From Dokdonella fugitiva (GTDB lineage Bacteria > Pseudomonadota > Gammaproteobacteria > Xanthomonadales > Rhodanobacteraceae), in NCBI RefSeq assembly GCF_004342425.1, contig NZ_SLWQ01000005.1, positions 253,476 to 285,475 on the forward strand: DNA of 32,000 nt, given 5' to 3'. Below the pieces are notes generated by a model. It was not told where the DNA came from. It saw only the letters and a list, made by a program, of their open reading frames with translations, and did not search any database. A program made the translations under genes and the position numbers. This document shows positions 25,221 to 32,000 of the stretch, one piece after another; within the stretch, counting starts at the first letter, position 1; each line of letters opens with the position of its first letter.

Positions 25221-26450
25221 ATGACCCCGGAATGGGACGGACTGCTGCTCGACGCGCGGCTCGCGACGATGCAGGCGAACGGCACGCCGTACGGCCTCGT
25301 CGAGCACGGTGCGATCGGCTGGAAGGACGGCACGATCGTGTTCGCCGGCGCGCAGTCGGCCCTGCCCGGCGATCCGTCCGGGCTCGCCGCACGGGTCGAG
25401 TCGGCACAGGGCGCGCTCGTCACGCCCGGCCTCGTCGACTGCCACACCCATCTCGTGTTCGGTGGCGACCGCGCGCATGAATTCGAGCAGCGCCTCGAAG
25501 GCACGAGCTACGAGGAGATCGCGCGCAGCGGCGGCGGCATCGCCTCGAGCGTGCGCGCGACGCGCGCGGCCGACGACGATGCGCTCTTCGCGCAATCGTT
25601 GCCACGCGCGAAGGCGCTGCTCGCCGACGGCGTGACGACGATCGAGATCAAGTCCGGCTACGGCCTCGATGTCGACAGCGAGCTGCGCATGCTGCGCGTC
25701 GCGCGCCGCCTCGGCGAAACGCTCGGCGTCGGCGTGCGCACGACCCTGCTGTCGGCGCACGCACTGCCGCCGGAGTACGCGGGGCGACCGGACGACTACA
25801 TCACGCTCGTCTGCGAGGCGATCCTGCCCGCGGCCGCGCGCGAAGGCCTCGCCGACGCGGTCGATGCATTCTGCGAGAAGATCGCGTTCACGCCCGCGCA
25901 GACGCGACGCGTGTTCGAGGTCGCGCGTGCGCACGGCCTGCGCGTGAAACTGCACGCGGACCAGTTGTCCGACCTCGGCGGCGCCGCGCTCGCGGCGGAG
26001 TTCGACGCGCTGTCGGCCGACCATCTGGAATGGACCGGCGACGACGGCGTGCGCGCGCTGGCCGCGGCCGGCAGCGTCGCGGTGCTGCTGCCGGGCGCGT
26101 ACTACGCGCTGCGCGAGACGAAGCTGCCACCGATCGACGCGTTCCGCGCCGCCGGCGTGCCGATCGCGATCGCCACCGACCTCAATCCGGGCACGTCGCC
26201 GCTGCTGTCGCTGCGCCTCGCGATGGGCATGGCCTGCACCCTGTTCCGCCTCACGCCCGAGGAAGCGCTGCGCGGCGCGACCGTCAACGCGGCTCGCGCG
26301 CTCGGCCTCGCCGACCGCGGCATGCTCGCGCGCGGCCTGCGTGCGGACTTCGTCGTCTGGGCCGCCGCGCGTCCGGCGGATCTGTGCTACTGGATCGGCG
26401 GCTCGCTCGCGCGCGCAGTCCATGTTGGCGGACGTCCGATCGCGCGATGA
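25221..26450 (+). CDS. hutI: imidazolonepropionase
   Basis: Amidohydrolase motifs [20 protein letters not shown] and [13 protein letters not shown] 25221 is preceded by GAGGAACAAGG. Confidence 0.85.
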   Translation: MTPEWDGLLLDARLATMQANGTPYGLVEHGAIGWKDGTIVFAGAQSALPGDPSGLAARVESAQGALVTPGLVDCHTHLVFGGDRAHEFEQRLEGTSYEEIARSGGGIASSVRATRAADDDALFAQSLPRAKALLADGVTTIEIKSGYGLDVDSELRMLRVARRLGETLGVGVRTTLLSAHALPPEYAGRPDDYITLVCEAILPAAAREGLADAVDAFCEKIAFTPAQTRRVFEVARAHGLRVKLHADQLSDLGGAALAAEFDALSADHLEWTGDDGVRALAAAGSVAVLLPGAYYALRETKLPPIDAFRAAGVPIAIATDLNPGTSPLLSLRLAMGMACTLFRLTPEEALRGATVNAARALGLADRGMLARGLRADFVVWAAARPADLCYWIGGSLARAVHVGGRPIAR

Positions 26451-27640
26451 GCGCCACCGCGGAGAACCCGTTCGACGCGATCGTCATCGGCGGCGGCGCG
26501 GCCGGCCTCATGTGTGCGCTCACCGCAGGCCAACGCGGCAAGCGCGTGCTGGTGATCGAGCATGCCAACCGCGTCGGCAAGAAGATCCTCATGTCGGGCG
26601 GCGGCCGCTGCAACTTCACCAACACCGGCGCGACCGCGGCGAACTACCTCTCGTCGAATCCGCACTACTGCAAGTCCGCGCTCGCGCGCTACACGCCGGC
26701 CGACTTCATCGCGCTGGTCGAGCGCCACCGCATCGCGTACCACGAGAAGGAGCTCGGCCAGCTGTTCTGCGACGACTCGTCCAAGCAAATCGTCCGCCTG
26801 CTGCTCGACGAATGCGCCGACGGCGGCGTGCGCATCGAGACCTCGTGCACGATCGAGCACGTGCGCCACGGCGACGGCGGCTTTCACGTCGACACCGCGC
26901 GCGGCGTGTTCAGTGCGCCCGCCCTCGTCGTCGCCAGCGGCGGCCTGTCGATACCGAGCATGGGCGCGAGCGGCTTCGGCTACGAGCTCGCGCGCCGCTT
27001 CGGCCACACCGTATTGCCGACGCGCGCCGGGCTCGTGCCGCTGACGCTCTCCGGCAAGCACCAGCAGCACCTCGCCGACCTCGCCGGCGTCGCCGTGCCG
27101 GTCGAGGCGCGCTGCGGCCGCGCGCGTTTCCGCAACTTCATGCTCTTCACCCACCGCGGCGTGAGCGGTCCGGCGATCCTGCAGATCTCCTCGTACTGGA
27201 ACCCCGGCGACGACCTGCGGCTGGACCTGCTGCCCGGCGAGGACGCACAGGCCTGGCTGCGCACGCAACGTACCGAACGCGGCGCGAGCGAACTGCGCAC
27301 CGTGCTCGCCGAGCGCCTGCCGAAGCGTTTCGCGCAGCGCCTGTGCGAACACTGGCTGCCGGACCGGCCGATGCGCCAGCTCGGCGACGCACAGCTGCGC
27401 GACATCGCCGCCGTGCTCGGCGCCTGGCCGCTCGTCGCGAGCGGCACCGAAGGCTACCGCACCGCCGAGGTCACGCTCGGCGGCGTCGACACCGACGAGC
27501 TGTCCTCGTCGACGATGATGTCCAGGCGCGTCCCCGGCCTCTACTTCATCGGCGAAGTCGTCGACGTCACCGGCTGGCTCGGCGGCTACAACTTCCAGTG
27601 GGCCTGGGCGTCGGGACACGCGTGCGGCATGGCGTTGTGA
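26447..27640 (+). CDS. NAD(P)/FAD-dependent oxidoreductase, HI0933/YhiN (BaiN-like) family
   Basis: [16 protein letters not shown] Rossmann motif, [16 protein letters not shown], and C-terminal [22 protein letters not shown]. The ATG overlaps the hutI stop (ATGA at 26447-26450). Confidence 0.85.
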   Translation: MSATAENPFDAIVIGGGAAGLMCALTAGQRGKRVLVIEHANRVGKKILMSGGGRCNFTNTGATAANYLSSNPHYCKSALARYTPADFIALVERHRIAYHEKELGQLFCDDSSKQIVRLLLDECADGGVRIETSCTIEHVRHGDGGFHVDTARGVFSAPALVVASGGLSIPSMGASGFGYELARRFGHTVLPTRAGLVPLTLSGKHQQHLADLAGVAVPVEARCGRARFRNFMLFTHRGVSGPAILQISSYWNPGDDLRLDLLPGEDAQAWLRTQRTERGASELRTVLAERLPKRFAQRLCEHWLPDRPMRQLGDAQLRDIAAVLGAWPLVASGTEGYRTAEVTLGGVDTDELSSSTMMSRRVPGLYFIGEVVDVTGWLGGYNFQWAWASGHACGMAL

Positions 27641-27700
27641 GTGCGCGCTCGTTCGGGCCGGAAGCGAAGCAAGCGCCAAAGGTCGAACACGAAGCACACG

Positions 27701-27764
27701 GGGCACACGGACGAAAAGCTCCCAGGAAAAAAGTTCTTTCGTCCGCGGCATTCTTCGTGTGCCC
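27701..27764. terminator. nested hairpin between convergent genes (putative bidirectional terminator)
   Basis: Outer stem GGGCACACG (27701-09) / CGTGTGCCC (27756-64). Inner stem GGACGAAAG (27709-17) / CTTTCGTCC (27736-44). Confidence 0.4.
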
Positions 27765-27772
27765 TGCGTCCT

Positions 27773-28675
27773 TCATGTTTCGGGCTTGCTCCATTCTCCC
27801 GCCAGCATCCCCGAAAGCCTTGCGTCCTTGTCCTGCCACAGCGCGTTCATCCAGGCCTGGAAGCGTTCGCGGAACACGGCATCGTTCTGGTAGTCACCGC
27901 CGACGAACTCGCGCGGGATCGGCCGCTCGCGTACGTCGATGCGCACCTCGCGGATGCGCCCGCCGAACAGATCCAGCATCGTCGGCTTGCCGTCCGGGTA
28001 GGCGACCGTCACGTCGAGGATCGCCTGCAGGCCGTCGCCCATCGCATCGATCACGAACGCGACGCCGCCCGACTTCGGCTTGAGCAGGTGCGCATACGGC
28101 GACCCCTGCGCCGCGTGCTTCGCCGCGGTGAAGCGCGTGCCTTCGACGAAGTTCATGACCGACACGGGAATCGAGCGGAACTTCGCGCAGGCGCGCCGCG
28201 TCGCCTCGATGTCGCGCCCGGCGAGTTCGGGCCGGCGCGCGATCTGCTCGCGCGTGTAGCGCTTCATGAACGGGAAATCGAGCGCCCACCATGCAATCCC
28301 CATCAAGGGCACCCAGAACAGCTGGCTCTTGAGGAAGAAGCGCAGCAGCGGGATGCGCCGGTTGAAGATCTTCTGCAGCACCGGTATGTCGACCCAGCTC
28401 TGGTGGTTCGCCAGCACGAGGTAGTGGCCGTCGCGGTGCAGGTCGGCCCGCCCGGTCACGACGAAGCGCGTGTGCGTGCAGAGGTCGATCATGCGGCTGT
28501 TGAACGCGATCCAGCTTTCGGCGATGCCGGTCAGCAGCGGATTGCAGGCACGGCGCACGGCCGCGAACGGCAGCAGCGCCTTGAACAATGTCACCGCGAA
28601 GAGCGGGATCACGTGCACGACGGTGCTGAGGACGATCGGCGCGAACGCGACGGCGGCGCGAAACCAGGTCGGCAT
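27773..28675 (-). CDS. acyltransferase (PlsC/LPLAT superfamily)
   Basis: 300 aa with an N-terminal TM segment, the HX4D motif NHQSWVDI, and FVEGTR. Confidence 0.8.
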   Translation of the reverse strand: MPTWFRAAVAFAPIVLSTVVHVIPLFAVTLFKALLPFAAVRRACNPLLTGIAESWIAFNSRMIDLCTHTRFVVTGRADLHRDGHYLVLANHQSWVDIPVLQKIFNRRIPLLRFFLKSQLFWVPLMGIAWWALDFPFMKRYTREQIARRPELAGRDIEATRRACAKFRSIPVSVMNFVEGTRFTAAKHAAQGSPYAHLLKPKSGGVAFVIDAMGDGLQAILDVTVAYPDGKPTMLDLFGGRIREVRIDVRERPIPREFVGGDYQNDAVFRERFQAWMNALWQDKDARLSGMLAGEWSKPET

Positions 28676-28913
28676 GGCATTCCGGGCGGAAAGGCGAGTC
28701 GCAGCCTAACCGGGATCGGCCGCCGAGGCGACCGCGACCATGGTGGCGGATCGTCGCGCCGCAGGCGCACCCGTGCGCGACCGGGGCGCGGCCACGCCCG
28801 GCATTGACGCGAGCCATGCGCATGTCGATTCCGTCCTTCCCCGTTCGTCGTCCTGACGAAGCCGGCGAATGACCCGGCGTCATGCCCTTTCACGAACCCG
28901 AGGAACTCCCCCT

Positions 28914-29288
28914 ATGCGTTTCCTGTCGATGATCCGGATCAACGAAAACACCGGCCTCGTGCCGAGCGAGCAGCTCATGGCCGACATGGGCGAGCTCATG
29001 GCGGAGATGACGCGCGAAGGCACGCTCGTCGACACCGCCGGCCTGCGCCCGACCTCCGAAGGCAAGCGCATCCGTTACGCCCACGGCAAGATTTCGACGA
29101 CCGACGGCCCGTTCACCGAGTCGAAGGAAGTCATCGGCGGCTACGCCGTGCTCGAAGCCACCTCGATGGACCATGCGGTCGAGCTGACCCGGCGCTTCCT
29201 CGCAGTACACGGCGACGAGTGGAACATCGAATGCGAGATCCGCCAGATGGAATGCGGCCGCCCGGATTCGATCGAGAATCCGCAGTAG
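28914..29288 (+). CDS. YciI-family (DGPF domain) protein
   Basis: TDGPFTESKEVIGGYAVLE motif. GAGGAA lies 8 nt upstream of ATG 28914. Confidence 0.8.
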   Translation: MRFLSMIRINENTGLVPSEQLMADMGELMAEMTREGTLVDTAGLRPTSEGKRIRYAHGKISTTDGPFTESKEVIGGYAVLEATSMDHAVELTRRFLAVHGDEWNIECEIRQMECGRPDSIENPQ

Positions 29289-29802
29289 GAGGGACCAGGC
29301 CGCGCAGCGCGGATCCGGCGCTTCGTGCCTTGATCCGCCCTGCAGGCTGCGCGGACACCGTGGAGAGACCCATGTCGGCCGTCAAGGAGCCGGCCGACCG
29401 GCCGTCAGCCGCGATGCCCTTCGCTACGAGCGAGCCATCGACGCCCTGCTGGCTTGCGAGCGTGCGCGCGGCGGCGAGGCTCTGCACGTTGAGGCCAAGG
29501 TTGGACGCGACGGCGACGAGTTGGCCGCCGATGAAGAACGTCGCCGCGACACCGCCGATCGCGGCGCCCGCGGCGAACACGAAGGCCGCGACCACGACCT
29601 GCAGCAGCACGAACATCGGTTGCGAACCGCGCCGCAGCGATGCGCTCCCCTGCAACGCAATCATCGATTGCGTGTCGTTCGTCGCGCGTGCGCGGGCGAC
29701 GACGAGGTGATTCGCGACGAACAGCACGCCCCAGATCGATGCGGCGATGCCGACATCGAACGGCAACGCGCTCGTGGCGAGCGCCTCGAGGTAACGATCC
29801 AT
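29131..29802 (-). CDS. hypothetical membrane protein; 3' boundary doubtful
   Basis: GGGGAGGG lies 5 nt upstream of ATG 29802, and the first ~110 aa contain convincing TM helices. The Arg/Ser/Gly-rich tail overlaps the convergent yciI by 158 nt and may be read-through of a shadow frame. Confidence 0.45.
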   Translation of the reverse strand: MDRYLEALATSALPFDVGIAASIWGVLFVANHLVVARARATNDTQSMIALQGSASLRRGSQPMFVLLQVVVAAFVFAAGAAIGGVAATFFIGGQLVAVASNLGLNVQSLAAARTLASQQGVDGSLVAKGIAADGRSAGSLTADMGLSTVSAQPAGRIKARSAGSALRGLVPPTADSRSNPGGRIPSGGSRIRCSTRRRVLRGSAGSARPHGPSRWLRARRSRR

Positions 29803-29897
29803 GGGCCCTCCCCTGCGTGCTCCGCGGCGTGGCCGGCGCGGATCGTGGCAGCAGCCATGGCGGTATGCGCATGGCACGTGCCGCCGATCCGACTGGG

Positions 29898-30521
29898 TCA
29901 GGCGATTCGCGCCAACTCCGCCACGCTGGCGAACTCTTCCTCCGGCCGGTGCTCGCGCAACGATTCGATCGTCGCGTAGCCCCACGCGACCGCGCCGAAC
30001 GCGATGCCAGCCCTCCTCGCCGCTTGCAGGTCCACCGACTGGTCGCCGACGTAGATCGCCTCGCTCGCGTGCACGCCGGTCTTCTTCAGGACGCTGCGCA
30101 GGCTCGCGGTCTTGCCGAACATCGACATGCCGCATTCGAAGTGGCGGAACAGTCGCGTGGTCGCCGGCCCGAGCACGCGGCTCACATTGTCGTAGGCGTT
30201 GGACGAGACGACCGCGAGCGCGACGCCCGCGTCCGCGAGCCGTGCGAGGGCCGCGTCGACGCCGTCGAACGGACGGATCGCATGGATCGACTCGCCCATG
30301 CGCGCGATGAAGTCCTTCGCGACGAACGGCAGCTTCCACGCCGGTAGCCCGACGTGGCTCATCATCTGCCGCGGGCTGTGGCCACGCAGCGCCGCCGCGG
30401 TCGCGGGATCGATGCGCGCGAAGCCATGCTTGTCGGCGAGTTCGTTGAACGTCGCGGTGAAGAACGGAAACGAATCCGCGAGCGTTCCGTCGAAATCGAA
30501 GATGGCGAGCCGGTACTTCAT
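29898..30521 (-). CDS. HAD-superfamily hydrolase (phosphoglycolate phosphatase-like)
   Basis: Motif I at the N-terminus (LAIFDFDGTLADS), motif IV YVGDQSVD. Confidence 0.85.
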   Translation of the reverse strand: MKYRLAIFDFDGTLADSFPFFTATFNELADKHGFARIDPATAAALRGHSPRQMMSHVGLPAWKLPFVAKDFIARMGESIHAIRPFDGVDAALARLADAGVALAVVSSNAYDNVSRVLGPATTRLFRHFECGMSMFGKTASLRSVLKKTGVHASEAIYVGDQSVDLQAARRAGIAFGAVAWGYATIESLREHRPEEEFASVAELARIA

Positions 30522-30753
30522 GCGAACGATTCCTGCTGCGGCGTTCGCGTCGCCATCGGCCGACCGGCCCTCGCGTGCGAAACGGGTCGCGCATGCTACG
30601 CAGCGATCGTCGCGACCGCCAGCCGTGCCGTCGATGCGGGCGACCGGCGGCGCAGGCGCGCAACCGGTCGTTCCGCGGCCCGGTGCAGTCGCCGGTCACC
30701 GCGGCATCGAACGCACGGCGATCGGTGCCGCGGCGACGCACGCGCACGCGCGA

Positions 30754-31398
30754 TCACCCGCGCACGCCGAACAGCGCCGGCGCCGACGCGACCGGGTAGC
30801 ACTCGAGCCCGCGCCGGCGCACGTGCGCACGCAACGCGTGCTCGGCCGCGCGCGCCGCGAGCCACTCCTCGCGACCGAACATGAGCCGGTGCGCGGGGAC
30901 GCCACGCAACTGCGCCTCCTCCGCGCGCAGGCGGCGGAAGTCGAGGTAGTCGTCGAGTTCGAAGCGCAGCGCCGGCCAGGCGAGGTCGACCAGCACGGCG
31001 TCGTCGAGGCCGCCGACCACCGGGATCTCGTCCGGCACGAGCCGCTCGGGGCAGCGTGCGTAGTCGGCGATCGTGGCGATGCGCTCGCGTGCGGCGCCGG
31101 CGAGCGACCAGGCCGGCTCGACCGCCATGGCCTGCATCGCGGCGAGGCAGCGCAGGCGCAGGCGGATGCACGGCGCGCGCCGGGTGCCGACGAACTCGCG
31201 CTCGAGCCGGCGCGCGGCGCAGGCCAGCGCGTCGCCCCACGGCGGCGGCGGCGCGGCGCCGAGCGCGGCGGCGGCGCGTTCGAAGCGGCGCAACGCGCGC
31301 CCGCCGAGGACGCGGTGGCCGATGTGGTGGCGGCGGTGCGGGCCGGCGTCGGATACGGCCAGCGTGGGCAACGGGAGGTGGGCGAGATCGAGTTTCAT
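30754..31398 (-). CDS. hypothetical protein with DUF1232-like motif
   Basis: GAGGAG lies 7 nt upstream of ATG 31398. VPDEIPVVGGLDDAVLVD resembles the DUF1232 core. The upstream part of the listed 402-aa ORF is rejected. Confidence 0.5.
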   Translation of the reverse strand: MKLDLAHLPLPTLAVSDAGPHRRHHIGHRVLGGRALRRFERAAAALGAAPPPPWGDALACAARRLEREFVGTRRAPCIRLRLRCLAAMQAMAVEPAWSLAGAARERIATIADYARCPERLVPDEIPVVGGLDDAVLVDLAWPALRFELDDYLDFRRLRAEEAQLRGVPAHRLMFGREEWLAARAAEHALRAHVRRRGLECYPVASAPALFGVRG

Positions 31399-31587
31399 GG
31401 CTGACTCCTCAGGATCGGCGCGGCGATTCCGCGCCAGGCCAGCGTCCGCCGAAGCGGCCTGCGAAGCTCGATGGAACCCGGTCGGAAGCGTGTCGAAACC
31501 GTGTGGAGATCCGGTTTCCGATGATTTTTTCGTCCAAACGGGTATATCTTTGCCGCGTCGCCCGCGGGGAGGCATCCGACGGTGGCC

Positions 31588-32000
31588 ATGGAGGCGTGGA
31601 TCTACCGTTTCGGTGACGTCGAAGTGGAACCGACGGCGCATCGGCTCGCGCGCCGCGGCAGCGACGTCGCCATAGAACCGAAGGCATACGCCGTGCTCGT
31701 CGCGCTGCTCGACCAGCCGGGCAAGGCGTTCGAGCGCGACGAACTGCTCGACCGGGTCTGGGGCCACCGCCACGTCACGCCTGGCGTGCTCAATCGCGTC
31801 GTCGCGCAGCTGCGCAAGGCACTCGGCGACGACGCCGAACATCCGCGCTACATCCAGACCCTGCACAGCCTCGGCTACCGCTTCATCGCCGAGGTGCAGC
31901 GCGTGCCGGCCGGCGCACCGGCGCCGGCGCCGATCGCAACCACCCCGGCGGAGCCCGTCCATCCGCTGCCGCCGTCACGCCCCGCACGCGACGCGCGCCG
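31588..32000 (+). CDS. OmpR/PhoB-type winged-helix DNA-binding domain protein (CadC-like), 3' end outside the window
   Basis: Absent from the ORF track because it is open at the window edge. My translation from ATG 31588 is MEAWIYRFGDVEVEPTAHRLARRGSDVAIEPKAYAVLVALLDQPGKAFERDELLDRVWGHRHVTPGVLNRVVAQLRKALGDDAEHPRYIQTLHSLGYRF, which is the trans_reg_C pattern. Confidence 0.7.
   Translation, partial: MEAWIYRFGDVEVEPTAHRLARRGSDVAIEPKAYAVLVALLDQPGKAFERDELLDRVWGHRHVTPGVLNRVVAQLRKALGDDAEHPRYIQTLHSLGYRFIAEVQRVPAGAPAPAPIATTPAEPVHPLPPSRPARDAR

Noticed and set aside
25221-27640. hutI as evidence of a histidine-utilisation operon
   Set aside because: No hutH, hutU, hutG or hutC is present in the window. 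hutI is instead coupled to a YhiN-type flavoprotein, so I report only the enzyme family and draw no pathway conclusion.
29405-29872. 155-aa ORF overlapping the membrane-protein gene
   Set aside because: Its translation is Arg-rich, and it is out of frame with the ORF that has an SD and TM helices.
30754-31962. Full 402-aa minus ORF
   Set aside because: The upstream half overlaps the convergent-looking winged-helix gene region and is Arg/Asp-rich. A strong SD precedes internal ATG 31398, so only 30754..31398 is called.

Overview
High-GC (about 68-70%), Burkholderia-like chromosomal window. Organism assignment is inference from composition and gene content. Most of it is ordinary core genome. 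On the left are a DUF979-like membrane protein, a DUF1800/DUF1501 secreted pair and an HTH protein. On the right is the block uvrC-pgsA-tRNAGly(GCC)-tRNACys(GCA)-tRNALeu(UAA), the same order as E. coli uvrC-pgsA-glyW-cysT-leuZ. After it come a thioredoxin/NHL protein, an LMW phosphotyrosine phosphatase, kdsB, three exported proteins, dcd, apbC/mrp, DUF2147, hutI, a YhiN-type flavoprotein, an acyltransferase, YciI, a HAD hydrolase and a partial winged-helix regulator. The main finding is a ~9.1-kb integrative island (5325-14411) inserted at the 3' end of tRNA-Leu(UAA). It is bounded by a 14-bp direct repeat, GTGCCCGGACCCGG. The tRNA-proximal ~6.6 kb reads as one tightly overlapping minus-strand gene array: P4-type integrase, AlpA, an unknown protein, a zinc-finger primase-like protein and a RepA/AAA_25-type ATPase. 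These are followed by an iteron-like repeat cluster, a lower-GC orphan ORF, a DUF5681 (small-terminase-like) protein and four small or unknown proteins, ending in a clean terminator. There are no capsid, tail or lysis genes, which is the architecture of a minimalist phage satellite (PICI/PICMI/P4-like logic). I cannot place it in a described family from sequence alone. The distal ~2.5 kb carries a second, oppositely oriented alpA-integrase pair plus a two-TM SLATT-like protein. It is flanked by two diverged but colinear copies of a ~100-bp element-end module, so the island looks composite. Other observations are a GGGGAAT heptamer array with a complementary C-rich arm directly abutting the dcd start codon, terminator-like hairpins inside the tRNA cluster, and a convergent ORF overlap at yciI. 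All domain calls come from motif recognition by eye, and no searches were run.
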